Below the pieces are notes generated by a model that did not search any database, was not told where the DNA came from, and saw nothing but the letters and a program-made list of their open reading frames with translations. A stretch of 64,000 nucleotides of DNA from an uncultured Clostridia bacterium. GTDB taxonomy: Bacteria > Bacillota > Clostridia > Oscillospirales > JAAYOS01. Within the stretch, counting starts at the first letter, position 1; each line of letters starts with the position of its first letter. The stretch covers positions 1,531-65,530 of the forward strand of contig CANRIN010000002.1 in assembly GCA_947630675.1 (NCBI GenBank), read 5' to 3'. A program made the position numbers and the translations under genes. Below are positions 31,037-40,271 of the stretch, in pieces.

Positions 31037-31264
31037 CAACAAAGCCTCGCAGAGTTTCGCGCCAACGGCGCGAAATAAAGTCAAATCCGTAAATTTCGGC
31101 GGCGTGTACGGCGAAATTTACACCTCTCGCGGAGCGTGCGTCGATTTTCCGCCGAAGGCGGAAAACTCGGCGCGTAGCGGAGTGTTGCCGCCGGCAGGGC
31201 TTCGCTCTGTCCGACGGCCTCGCGGGAAATTGGTAAGCGAGCGAAGCGAGCGCGATTTCCCGCG
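31037..31264 (-). repeat. long mosaic repeat, full copy, directly downstream of the dapL stop
   Basis: Ordered hairpin modules AGCCTCGCAGAG / TTTCGCGCC..GGCGCGAAA / ATTTCGGCGGCGTGTACGGCGAAAT / ATTTTCCGCCGAAGGCGGAAAA / CGCGGGAAATTGGTAAGCGAGCGAAGCGAGCGCGATTTCCCGCG. About 75-80 percent alignable by eye with 41195..41378. Confidence 0.85.
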
Positions 31265-31268
31265 AAAG

Positions 31269-32474
31269 CTAAAAGTTTTCTTTTATCCGCTCGAGCGCGC
31301 GGAGCGAGTTCTCGAGCGTACCGAAGCTCGTGAGGCGGAAGTAGCCCTCGCCGCACGGTCCGAAGCCCGAGCCGGGGGTGCCGACGACCTGCGCGCGGTC
31401 GAGCAGCGCGTCAAAGAACTCCCACGAGGTCATGCCGTTCGGCGTCGCGAGCCAGACATAGGGGGAGTGTACCCCGCCGTATACCTCAAAGCCGAGGGCC
31501 TGAAGTCCCTCGCGGAGGGTCTTTGCGTTGTTCTTGTAGTAGGCGATGGACTCCATGGCCTGCTTTGCGCCCTCCGGCGTGTATATGGCCGCCGCGCCGC
31601 GCTGGGAGATGTAGCTCGCCTCGTTGAACTTGGTGGTCTGGCGGCGCGCCCACATCGCGCGGAGGCTCTGCCCGTCGAAGACAAGGTCGTTCGGTACGAC
31701 GGTGAAGCCGCAGCGCACGCCGGTGAAGCCGGCGGTCTTGGAGTAGCTGCGGAACTCGACGGCGCAGCGCTTCGCCCCGTCTATCTCGTATATCGAGCGG
31801 GGCATGTCGCCTTCGATGAAAGCGCAGTATGCTGCGTCGTAGAGTATGACCGAGCCCTCGCGGAGGGCGTAGTCGACCCACGCCTTCAGCTCGTCGTAGC
31901 CGATGTGTGCGCCGGTCGGGTTGTTCGGGAAGCAGAGGTAGATGATGTCCGCGTGCTCCTTCGGCGGCTCCGGAATGAAGCCGTTCGAGGCGACGCAGGG
32001 CATATAGATGAGCTTACTCCAGCGCTCGCCGTCAAAGTCGCCGGCGCGGCCGGCCATGGCGTTCGAGTCGACGTAGACGGGGTAGACCGGGTCGCAGACG
32101 GCGACGGCGTTGTCGCGGTCGAAGAGCTCAGCGAAGTTGCCGGTGTCGCTCTTCGCGCCGTCGTTGATGAAGACCTCCTCGAGCGCGAGGTCGACGCCGA
32201 GCGGCTTGTAGTCCTGCTCGATTATCGCACGCCGGAGGAAGGAGTAGCCGAAGTCCTCGCCGTAGCCCTTGAAGGTGGCGGCGCTGCCCATGTCCGAGAC
32301 GGCGGCGTGCATCGCGTCTATGACGGCGGGGACGAGCGGGAGCGTGACGTCTCCTATCCCGAGGCGTATGACCTCTGCGCCGGGGTGGCTCTCGAGGTAC
32401 TCGTTCGTCTTTACGCGGACGGTGTAGAAGAGGTAGTTTGACTGCATCTTGCGGAAGTTGTCATTCAGTTTCAT
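31269..32474 (-). CDS. dapL: LL-diaminopimelate aminotransferase
   Basis: 401 aa. N-terminus MKLNDNF..QSNYLF, plus SYSKTAGFTGVRCG (PLP lysine) and NNPTG. Adjacent to dapF. Confidence 0.9.
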   Translation of the reverse strand: MKLNDNFRKMQSNYLFYTVRVKTNEYLESHPGAEVIRLGIGDVTLPLVPAVIDAMHAAVSDMGSAATFKGYGEDFGYSFLRRAIIEQDYKPLGVDLALEEVFINDGAKSDTGNFAELFDRDNAVAVCDPVYPVYVDSNAMAGRAGDFDGERWSKLIYMPCVASNGFIPEPPKEHADIIYLCFPNNPTGAHIGYDELKAWVDYALREGSVILYDAAYCAFIEGDMPRSIYEIDGAKRCAVEFRSYSKTAGFTGVRCGFTVVPNDLVFDGQSLRAMWARRQTTKFNEASYISQRGAAAIYTPEGAKQAMESIAYYKNNAKTLREGLQALGFEVYGGVHSPYVWLATPNGMTSWEFFDALLDRAQVVGTPGSGFGPCGEGYFRLTSFGTLENSLRALERIKENF

Positions 32475-32510
32475 TGATTTTTCCTCCTGACCAAGGGGTA
32501 TTTTCGGGTT

Positions 32511-33356
32511 TTAGATGTCTATGCTGCCGGTGAACACCTCGGCGGCGGGGCCGGTCATATAGACGTGGTTGTCGTTCCTGTCCCACTTGATGTGAAGCGT
32601 GCCGCCGAGGCAGTGCATCTCCGCCTCGCCGTCCGAGAGACCGAGCAGCGTCGCCGCGACGAGCGACGCGCAGTTGCCGGTGCCGCAGGCGAGCGTCTCG
32701 CCGGTGGCGCGCTCCCAGGTGCGGATGATAATGCTGTCGCGCGACTCCGCACGGATGAAGTGGACGTTGGTGCGGCGGGGGAAGGCGGGGTGCGTCTCTA
32801 TTCTCATGCCGACCTCGCGGACGGGGAAGGACGCGGGGTCGTCCACCACGACGACGGCGTGCGGGTTGCCCATCGACACGCAGGTGACGCGGTAGGTGAC
32901 GCCGTCCGCGTCGAGCGGGACGTCGACGGCGCGCCCGTCGCTGCCGTGGAGCTCGGTGGGTATCATCTGCGGGAGCAGTATCGGCTCGCCCATGTCGACA
33001 GTCGCGCCGGTGCAGACGCCGTTCTCGATGTGCAGATAGAGGGTCTTGACGCCCGCGAGCGTGTCGACAGTTATGACGTCGCGGTCGACGATGCCGTGGT
33101 CGTAGAGATACTTGCCGACGCAGCGGATGCCGTTGCCGCACATCTCGCTCCGCGGTCCGTCGTAGTTGTACATATCCATAAAGCAGTCCGCCACGGGGCT
33201 CGGTTTGATGAAGATGAGACCGTCCGAGCCTATTCCGAAGTGGCGGTCGCTCAGTCTCCTTGAAAGCTGCTCGGGATTTTGCACGTCCGCCTTCTCATGG
33301 AAGCAGTCGACGTATATGTAGTCGTTGCCGCAGCCGTGCATCTTGGTAAAACGCAT
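32511..33356 (-). CDS. dapF: diaminopimelate epimerase
   Basis: 281 aa. FTKMHGCGNDYIYVD, MCGNGIRC and TLACGTG provide the two catalytic Cys motifs. Confidence 0.95.
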   Translation of the reverse strand: MRFTKMHGCGNDYIYVDCFHEKADVQNPEQLSRRLSDRHFGIGSDGLIFIKPSPVADCFMDMYNYDGPRSEMCGNGIRCVGKYLYDHGIVDRDVITVDTLAGVKTLYLHIENGVCTGATVDMGEPILLPQMIPTELHGSDGRAVDVPLDADGVTYRVTCVSMGNPHAVVVVDDPASFPVREVGMRIETHPAFPRRTNVHFIRAESRDSIIIRTWERATGETLACGTGNCASLVAATLLGLSDGEAEMHCLGGTLHIKWDRNDNHVYMTGPAAEVFTGSIDI

Positions 33357-33537
33357 CTGAAAAGCGCCTCCTTAGTCGATTGACATACACATAAATACTA
33401 CCACATTCTACGCACTAACACAAGAAAAAGACAAAACAAAAAGCAAGTTCATGTTCCGTCGGTTATTCGTAAATATTATCACTCGCGGCGGTAAAGCGCC
33501 GAACAAGCCGTCAGGACGGCGGCAAAGCGAGCCGCAG

Positions 33538-33569
33538 CAAAAAAACGAGGCCGCCGGAGCGGTCTCGTT
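33538..33569 (-). terminator. intrinsic terminator after the NlpC/P60 gene
   Basis: Minus strand reads AACGAGACCGC-TCCG-GCGGCCTCGTT followed by TTTTTTT. Confidence 0.8.
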
Positions 33570-33593
33570 TCTGCAATGTCTGAAATTCGAGTG

Positions 33594-34550
33594 TCACGCG
33601 GTGGGAAGCACTCTGCCGCCGCCGACGAAGTAGCGGGTGTAATATCCGCCGTCGAGCGAGGAGATGGCGAGCGGATTTCCGGGGGAAACCGCGTGGATGA
33701 ACTGATTGTTGCCGATGTAGATGCCGACGTGGCTCGCGCGGCGGGCGGTGCCGTTATTGAAGAAGACCAGGTCGCCCGGGATGAGCTCTGCCCTCTTTAT
33801 CACCGTGACCTTGTCCATCTGGGTCGAGGCGCCGGGATTAAGGGTGTAGCCGAAGTTCTTGAAGACGTAGTACACGAAGCCTGAGCAGTCAAAGCCGGTG
33901 GAGGGGGAACGTCCGCCGTAGGTGTAGCGGGTGCCGATATACTGCTTTGCGAAGTTGATGAGCTTTGTGCGAAGATCGCTCACGCCGTCGGCAGAGGCTG
34001 GGACAAAGTCGGTGCTCTCGGCAGCTGCGGCGGGCTCCGCCGCGGGAGCCGGAGCGGTGTCTGCCGAAAGGACCGCCGTCGGGACGACGTATTCGGGGTG
34101 GATGAAGCCCTCGATGTCGTTTGCGAGGACGTGGTACCAGCCGCCGGACACGCCGAGTATGACGACCTCGGAGTTCTCAATGAGCTGTCCGAGCACGGTG
34201 CTCGTCGTATTGGCTTCGGCGCGGAGGTTGACGACCGACGCAGTGACCTTGCCGGTGTACGGCGTTTCGAAAGCGGCGGTGTCCGAATGGGTGAGATATG
34301 CGGTGGACATGTAGCCCTCTTTGCTGCCGCAGCTGACCTTGCACCACTCGGTGCCGAATTCGGTTATGATGACCTCAGAGCCGTTCGGAAGCACGGATAT
34401 GGTGTCGGACGAGGTGCTCGCGGCGGAGCGGAGGCGCAGTCCGTTGGATGTGTTGACAGTCCCTGCCTCGACGGCGTCCGCAGAGCAGGCGAAAATCGCG
34501 AGAACCAGAAGCGACGCCGCACAGATCAGTATCTTTAAACTTCTTTTCAT
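33594..34550 (-). CDS. secreted NlpC/P60 (C40) peptidoglycan endopeptidase with SH3b-like repeats
   Basis: Signal peptide, then two LRLRSAAS / NLRAEANT SH3b-type segments. C-terminal GFDCSGFVYYVF...HVGIYIG is the catalytic core. Confidence 0.9.
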   Translation of the reverse strand: MKRSLKILICAASLLVLAIFACSADAVEAGTVNTSNGLRLRSAASTSSDTISVLPNGSEVIITEFGTEWCKVSCGSKEGYMSTAYLTHSDTAAFETPYTGKVTASVVNLRAEANTTSTVLGQLIENSEVVILGVSGGWYHVLANDIEGFIHPEYVVPTAVLSADTAPAPAAEPAAAAESTDFVPASADGVSDLRTKLINFAKQYIGTRYTYGGRSPSTGFDCSGFVYYVFKNFGYTLNPGASTQMDKVTVIKRAELIPGDLVFFNNGTARRASHVGIYIGNNQFIHAVSPGNPLAISSLDGGYYTRYFVGGGRVLPTA

Positions 34551-34561
34551 CTTGCGCCGCC

Positions 34562-34852
34562 TTATGCCTTCAGCGCCCGGGAGAGCCAGACGCTTGCGAG
34601 GTCGAGAGCAGGGTAGAGCCCGTCCTTCTCGGCACGTTTTTGGACACGGTCGCGGGTGTGAACGTCCTCACCGGTGGCCTGAAGCTGGAGAGAGACCTTA
34701 TCCGCCACCTCGAGGTCGCCGACCTGCTTGGTGGATATGATTCTGAGCATCGCGATATAGGGGTCGGTAATGTTTCCGTAATACAGTGTGTTGCCGCTCC
34801 GCACGAGAGGATACCCGCGCCAGGAAAGTTCGGCCGTCTTTTTCTTCGCCAT
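34562..34852 (-). CDS. small conserved-looking hypothetical protein (96 aa)
   Basis: AAAGGAG RBS. Its stop lies 11 nt before the NlpC/P60 start. No family recognised. Confidence 0.6.
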   Translation of the reverse strand: MAKKKTAELSWRGYPLVRSGNTLYYGNITDPYIAMLRIISTKQVGDLEVADKVSLQLQATGEDVHTRDRVQKRAEKDGLYPALDLASVWLSRALKA

Positions 34853-35132
34853 TGATATCTCCTTTCAGATACGCTCCGAAGGTTGTAACTATTTTGTAAC
34901 TATTTTATCACCGGCGGGCGGCGGTGTCAATAGCGGAAAGCAAAATAAATCCCGTAAAAGACAATTAATTTTATTATAACCGGGAATAATCGGCAGCAAT
35001 TTCCACATTTGGCAGAAAAAGCCTGTAAAATGAAGTAAAAAACGGCACACAAAAAGGAACATAGCGTCCCGCACGGCGGCACCCATGGGAGAGCGCAGGT
35101 GCGGATGCCCGCCGAAAGGGCCGGATACGGAC

Positions 35133-35171
35133 AAAAAAGCCGGGACGCTTTCTCAAGAGAAAGCGCCCCGG
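35133..35171 (-). terminator. intrinsic terminator after the IreB-like gene
   Basis: Minus strand reads CCGGGGCGCTTTCTC-TTGA-GAAAGCGTCCCGG followed by CTTTTTT. Confidence 0.8.
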
Positions 35172-35201
35172 AGGATTTCGATACGCTGCTATTAAAGTGA
35201 G

Positions 35202-35462
35202 TTACTTTTCCGATTCCTCGATGCCGAGGTAGCTCCGCACGAGCTCCTGCATCAGCTCGTCACGGTCGAGGCGGCGGATGAGGCTCCGCGCGTTCTTGTG
35301 ATTTGTGATGTAGGTCGGATCCTCGCTCAGCAGATAGCCGACTATCTGATTGAGGGGATCGTAACCCTTCTCCTGAAGGGAACTGTAAACGGCGCGCAGC
35401 GCTTCACGCATGGGGATACGGTGTTCGTCGTCAATGGGTGAGAATTTGCGCGTCGCGTCCAT
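35202..35462 (-). CDS. IreB-family regulatory phosphoprotein (UPF0297)
   Basis: Internal ATG after AGGAGG gives 86 aa. [38 protein letters not shown] is the family signature. Confidence 0.85.
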   Translation of the reverse strand: MDATRKFSPIDDEHRIPMREALRAVYSSLQEKGYDPLNQIVGYLLSEDPTYITNHKNARSLIRRLDRDELMQELVRSYLGIEESEK

Positions 35463-35596
35463 ACGGCTGCCTCCTTGAAAATCGAAAAACTGTTCTATGC
35501 TTGTATTGTAACTCTTTTCTTTTTGATTGTAAATAGACGTATTGAAATTTAATCTGATTGTAATATTTCGGGGCAATCGGTCAAAAGACCGGAGAA

Positions 35597-38017
35597 TCAG
35601 CGCAGCGATGCGCCGTGCTCGTCCTCGAGAGCCTTGAGCGCCGCGCCGAAGCACGCGTCGACCTCGGCGTCGGTGAGGGTGCGGTCGTCCGCGCGGAACT
35701 CGAGCGAAATGGCGACGCTCTTGAAGCCGTCGGCTATGTGCTCGCCCTGATAGACGTCAAAGACCTCCGCTTTCACGAGCAGCCCGCCCGCGGCGTTCCG
35801 CACGGTGCGGATGAGGTCGCCCGCGGGTATATCCTCCCGGCAGACGACGGCCATGTCGCGCGAGGTGGACGGGAAGCGGGGGAGAGGTTTGAAGGTCGGG
35901 TCGCCCGCGTCGAGCGCGCATATCGCCTCAAAGTCAAGCTCGGCGATATACAGTCCGGCGTCGACGCCGTAGCCCTCGGCCACGGTCGGGTGTATCTGCC
36001 CCGCCTTGCCGACGAGGACGCCGTCCGCGCGTATGGCGGCGGCGCGGCCGGGATGGAAGGTCGCGTCGTCGCGGAGGGCCTTCCACTCGAGGCCGGTGAC
36101 ATGCAGGCCGGCAAGCAGAGCTTCGATGTCGCCCTTGAGAGTGAAGAAGTCGTACTCCCCGCCGTAGGCTGCGAGGGTGAGACGCTTGGGCTCGGAGCAG
36201 GAGCCGTCGCCCTTCGGAAGATAGACCTTCGCGAGCTCGTAGAGCCGCGCCTCCGGCACGCGGGAGGCGCAGTTCTTCGCCGCGACCTCGAGCATTGAGC
36301 CAAGGGTGGTTGTGCGCATCACGGAGCGGTCCTCTCCGAGGGGGTTGAGTATCTTCATGGTGTTGCGGAGAGGCGAGTCCTCCGGCAGGTGCAGACGGTC
36401 GGCAAAGCTCGGAGAGGTGAAGGAGTAGGTCAGAACCTCGGTGTAGCCGAGCGCGCGGGCGAGAACGCCGGCGCGGTTCTCCGCCGTCTGGCGCGGAGTG
36501 TAGCCGCCGAGGGTAGCGGCGCCCATCGCGAGGGTGGTGTCGAGCTCGTCGTAGCCGTACATGCGCGCGACCTCCTCCGCGAGGTCGGCCATCATGCTGA
36601 CATCCATGCGGTAGGACGGGACGTGGACGACATAGCCGTTCTCTTCGCGCTCCACCGTGAAGTGCAGGCGGCGAAGAGCCTCCGCCATGTAGTCCTCCGA
36701 GAGGTCGCAGCCGAGAAGGGCGTTTATCCGCTCCCACTCGAGCGGAACGGTGGTCTCGGTGTAGTGGGTGTTGTTGATGTCGATATAGCCGTCCGCGACT
36801 TCGCCGCAGCCGAGCAGCTCGACGAGCTCACAGGCGCGGTCGACGGCGGGTATCGTGTTCTCCGGGTCGAGCCCCTTCTCGAAGCGGGAGGAGGAGTCGG
36901 TGCGCATACCGAGCGCGACGGCGGTGCGGCGCACCGACGCGCCGTCAAAGTTCGCGCTCTCGAAGACGATGGTGGTCGTCTTGTCGGTTATCTCGCTTAT
37001 CGCGCCGCCCATGACGCCGGCGACGGCGCTCGCCTTGTGCTCGTCCGCTATGACGAGCATGTCGGGGGTGAGGGCTCTTTCCTTCGAGTCGAGGGTGGCC
37101 ATCGTCTCGCCGGGATCCGCGCGGCGGACGACTATCTGCCCTCCGTCGAGACAGGCGTAGTCAAAGGCGTGCATCGGCTGGCCGTACTCTATCATGACAT
37201 AGTTTGTGATGTCGACGATGTTGCTTATCGGGCGGACGCCGGCGGCGCGGAGCCGCTCGCGCATCCACTTCGGGCTGGGGCCGATCTTCACGTTCTTAAC
37301 GACGCGGGCGGTGTAGCGCGGGCAGAGCTCCGGCTCGCGCACCTCGACCGAGAGCATGTCGCCGATATGTCCCGCGCCGCCCTTGACCGAGGGCGTGTGG
37401 AGCGAGAGAGGACGGCTGAAGGTCGCGGCGGCCTCGCGCGCGAGGCCAATGACCGACAGGCAGTCGGGACGGTTCGGGGTTATCTCGAACTCGACGATGT
37501 GGTCGTCAAGGCCGAGTATAGGACGGATGTCGTCGCCAAGCTTGTAGTCCTCGGGCAGGACGTCCATGCCGGGGGCGTTCAGAAGGAGTATCCCGTCCGG
37601 GTCGCCCGCGGGAAGGTCGCGCAGGTCGAGCCCGAGCTCGCCCATCGAGCAGAGCATACCGTTCGACTCGACGCCGCGCATGACGGTCTTCTCGATGTGG
37701 GGATGGGTGGTGTTCGGAAGGTCCGCTCCGCAGAGCGCGACCGGAACGACGCAGCCGGGGGTGACGTTGGAAGCGCCGGTGCAGATAACGAGGTCCTCGC
37801 CGTCTCCCACGTCGACATGGCAGACGACGAGCTTGTCGGCATTCGGGTGCTTCTCCACGGACTTCACGAGGCCGACGACGACGTGCGTCGTCGCTTCGCC
37901 GCAGTCGGTGACCGTCTCTATCTTCGAGCCGGTCATAGTCATGCGCTGATAGAATTCGCGGTCGCTCACGTCGGAGACGTCAACAAACTCGCGGAGCCAT
38001 TTTCTTGAAAGATTCAT
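35597..38017 (-). CDS. pheT: phenylalanine--tRNA ligase beta subunit
   Basis: 806 aa. N-terminus [12 protein letters not shown]. tRNA-binding, B3/4, B5 and FDX-ACB regions are all recognisable. Confidence 0.96.
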   Translation of the reverse strand: MNLSRKWLREFVDVSDVSDREFYQRMTMTGSKIETVTDCGEATTHVVVGLVKSVEKHPNADKLVVCHVDVGDGEDLVICTGASNVTPGCVVPVALCGADLPNTTHPHIEKTVMRGVESNGMLCSMGELGLDLRDLPAGDPDGILLLNAPGMDVLPEDYKLGDDIRPILGLDDHIVEFEITPNRPDCLSVIGLAREAAATFSRPLSLHTPSVKGGAGHIGDMLSVEVREPELCPRYTARVVKNVKIGPSPKWMRERLRAAGVRPISNIVDITNYVMIEYGQPMHAFDYACLDGGQIVVRRADPGETMATLDSKERALTPDMLVIADEHKASAVAGVMGGAISEITDKTTTIVFESANFDGASVRRTAVALGMRTDSSSRFEKGLDPENTIPAVDRACELVELLGCGEVADGYIDINNTHYTETTVPLEWERINALLGCDLSEDYMAEALRRLHFTVEREENGYVVHVPSYRMDVSMMADLAEEVARMYGYDELDTTLAMGAATLGGYTPRQTAENRAGVLARALGYTEVLTYSFTSPSFADRLHLPEDSPLRNTMKILNPLGEDRSVMRTTTLGSMLEVAAKNCASRVPEARLYELAKVYLPKGDGSCSEPKRLTLAAYGGEYDFFTLKGDIEALLAGLHVTGLEWKALRDDATFHPGRAAAIRADGVLVGKAGQIHPTVAEGYGVDAGLYIAELDFEAICALDAGDPTFKPLPRFPSTSRDMAVVCREDIPAGDLIRTVRNAAGGLLVKAEVFDVYQGEHIADGFKSVAISLEFRADDRTLTDAEVDACFGAALKALEDEHGASLR

Positions 38018-38032
38018 ACCGCTCTACCTCCC

Positions 38033-39052
38033 TTAAAACTGCGTGAGGAAACGCATGTCGTTGTCGAAGAACAGGCGCATGTCGCTCACGCCGTAGCGCC
38101 ACATGGCCATACGGTCGGTGCCGAGGCCGAATGCAAAGCCGGAGTATTCGTCCGGGTCGATGCCGCAGATGCGCAGCACGTTCGGATGGACCATTCCGCA
38201 GCCGAGCATCTCTATCCATCCCTCGCCGTGGCACATCCGGCATCCTTCGCCGTGGCAGTTGAAGCACTGGAGGTCCATCTCGGCGGAGGGCTCGGTGAAC
38301 GGGAAGTGGTGCGGGCGGAAGCGGATGCGCGTATCCTCGCCGTATATCTTCTTGAAGAGCATGTCGAGCGTGCCCTTCAGGTCGGTGAACTTTATCCCCT
38401 TGTCGACGACAAGCCCCTCTATCTGGTGAAACATCGGGCTGTGTGTGGCGTCGACCTCGTCCTTGCGGTAGGTGCGGCCGGGGGCGATGATGCGGAAGGG
38501 AGGCTTGTGCGTCTCCATATACCTCGCCTGCATCGCCGAGGTCTGGGTGCGGAGCAGGACGTCGGGGGAGAAGTAGAAGGTGTCCTGCGGCTCGCGGGAC
38601 GGGTGGTTTTCCGGGGTGTTCAGCGCGGTGAAGTTGTAGAAGGTCGTCTCGACCTCCGGGCCGTCGATTATCTCGAAGCCCATGCCGATGAATATCTCCT
38701 TCACCTCGTCAAGCAGCGACGTCATCGGGTGCTTATGCCCGAGCTCGCGGTGCGAGCCGGGAAGAGTCACGTCGACGCGTTCGCTCTCGAGCTTGCGCGC
38801 GAGAGCCTCCTCCGCGAGCGCCTTACCGCGGACTTCGAGCTCCTTTTCGATGAAACCGCGCACGTCGTTTGCGAGGGCGCCCATCTTCGGCCGCTCCTCG
38901 GCGCTGAGGGAGCCCATCTGCTTCAGTATCGCAGTCAGCTCGCCCTTGCGGCCGAGAAAGCGGACCCTCAGCTCCTCCAGCTGCTCGGAACTTTTCGCCG
39001 CCTCCAGCGCTTCGAGCGCTTCGCGGCGCAGAAACTCAAGTTTTTCCTGCAT
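38033..39052 (-). CDS. pheS: phenylalanine--tRNA ligase alpha subunit
   Basis: Internal ATG after CAGGAGG gives 339 aa. Class II motifs FRIIAPGRTYR, HSPMFHQIEG and GFAFGLGTDR are present. Confidence 0.96.
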   Translation of the reverse strand: MQEKLEFLRREALEALEAAKSSEQLEELRVRFLGRKGELTAILKQMGSLSAEERPKMGALANDVRGFIEKELEVRGKALAEEALARKLESERVDVTLPGSHRELGHKHPMTSLLDEVKEIFIGMGFEIIDGPEVETTFYNFTALNTPENHPSREPQDTFYFSPDVLLRTQTSAMQARYMETHKPPFRIIAPGRTYRKDEVDATHSPMFHQIEGLVVDKGIKFTDLKGTLDMLFKKIYGEDTRIRFRPHHFPFTEPSAEMDLQCFNCHGEGCRMCHGEGWIEMLGCGMVHPNVLRICGIDPDEYSGFAFGLGTDRMAMWRYGVSDMRLFFDNDMRFLTQF

Positions 39053-39149
39053 AATATGACCTCCTGTGATGTAATGGCACATTCGACTTTTCCGTCCTCC
39101 CGTCCGCCGAGGGAGGGACGGGAGCGCGCTTCTGCTGCGGCGCGAAAGC

Positions 39150-39400
39150 AAACAAAAAGCCTCCGCCCGCATTGGGGCGAAGGCAGACTTCGCGGTACCA
39201 CCCAACTTCGGCGCAGGAGTATTCCGCGCCCTCGTCTGCGCTGTAACGTGCGCCCACGTCGCGGCCTACAGGCACGGGCTTTCAGCCGCGCGACTCGCGG
39301 GTGAACTTCGCGGCTTCGCGGCGCGGCAGGGCTTTCAGCCCCCGACCCCGCCTCTCTTGGCGCGCTCCGCCGTTACTCTCCCGGTCGCAGTCTTTCGCTA
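39150..39400 (-). promoter_or_regulatory. T-box riboswitch leader (Phe) of pheST
   Basis: Minus strand carries TTGGGTGGTACCGCG (39191..39205), a terminator GCCTTCGCCCC-AATG-CGGGCGGAGGC plus TTTTT, a GGGAGAGTA AG-box-like segment, and a loop reading GAAGUUCACC with UUC at 39305..39303. Confidence 0.8.
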
Positions 39401-39406
39401 TTTACA

Positions 39407-39435
39407 GATTGTAGCACCCCGCAGCCGGGTTGTCA
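39407..39435 (-). promoter_or_regulatory. near-consensus sigma-A promoter of the pheST leader
   Basis: Minus strand reads TTGACA (39435..39430), 17-nt spacer, TACAAT (39412..39407). Confidence 0.7.
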
Positions 39436-39480
39436 AGCCGTTTCCGGCGCTTTTCGGAGATTTGGGGCAGATTTGCGGAG

Positions 39481-39690
39481 TTAGGAATCCCGCGCGGGGA
39501 AGACCTCCGCGCCGCCGCGGAGCACGCGGCGCACTCCGCGCTCGACCTCGCGGCGCGGGCGCATGACCTCCCGCCCGCAGCCGAGGCAGCGGAGCTTGAA
39601 GTCTGCTCCGACGCGGGTGACCTCCCACTCGAAAGCGCCGCAGGGGTGCGGCTTCTTCAGAACCAGCGTGTCGCCCGGGCGTATATCCAT
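39481..39690 (-). CDS. DUF951 family small protein
   Basis: 69 aa. LKKPHPCG...W...R.G.D..L.C..C.R fits the DUF951 pattern as I recall it. Confidence 0.7.
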   Translation of the reverse strand: MDIRPGDTLVLKKPHPCGAFEWEVTRVGADFKLRCLGCGREVMRPRREVERGVRRVLRGGAEVFPARDS

Positions 39691-39751
39691 ATTCTATCCC
39701 TCTTTCGCAAATAAACCGGCGTAAAGCCGGACAAAATACCCTCGAAATTTA

Positions 39752-40180
39752 ATGGGAGGGGATACTTTGGACAAATTCATCACGGCGGTGGTCGACACAC
39801 CGGACGAGGCGGACTTCATCCGCGGAAGACTGCATGCGAACGGGGTACGCTTCTCCCGCTTTGACGTCACACCGACGCACAGACCGTATCGGTCGGACGA
39901 TGTCGGCGTGCTGATAAACCCGTACAACTCGATATTTTCAAACAATATCGGTGAAAACTGGGGCTCGCTTGCCGGGGCCAACATGGGCAAGTTCGGCGGC
40001 TTTCTCTACACGAGGCCGGCGGGCGAGACAAGCGGACTTTCGGCGGCCTTCGCGGGTGCGGACGAGGATGTGCCGGTGTCGCGCGAGGTTCTCGTGCGCG
40101 CGCTCGTCGACGCGCACGACGTCAGAACGGCCGTGTCGGTCCTTTCAAACTGTCATGCGGCGCACATCCGCGTGAGCTAG
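39752..40180 (+). CDS. hypothetical protein (142 aa; the true start may be TTG 39767 after GGGAGGGG)
   Basis: Codon usage matches the neighbouring genes. No recognisable motifs. Confidence 0.5.
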   Translation: MGGDTLDKFITAVVDTPDEADFIRGRLHANGVRFSRFDVTPTHRPYRSDDVGVLINPYNSIFSNNIGENWGSLAGANMGKFGGFLYTRPAGETSGLSAAFAGADEDVPVSREVLVRALVDAHDVRTAVSVLSNCHAAHIRVS

Positions 40181-40271
40181 TGCGGCGGCTCTCCGGCGGA
40201 CAGGTATTTTTTCGCGTCCCCCGCAATATATTGGCTTGTAGAAAAGCAAAGCTGCGGAAGGGACGGGAAAT

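Noticed and set aside
30776-31092. ORFs 30847..31092 (+), 30776..31084 (-) and the 5' part of 30870..32441 (+), all with internally repeated peptides
   Set aside because: The repeated peptide is simply the translation of the 93-bp tandem DNA repeat in an intergenic tract. There is no RBS, and reading frames are open on both strands.
30848-31264. Possibility that the regularly recurring hairpin sequences are a CRISPR array
   Set aside because: The only true tandem repeat has 93-bp units with no unique spacers. The other modules are different sequences in a fixed order that recur at dispersed loci, and no cas genes are present.
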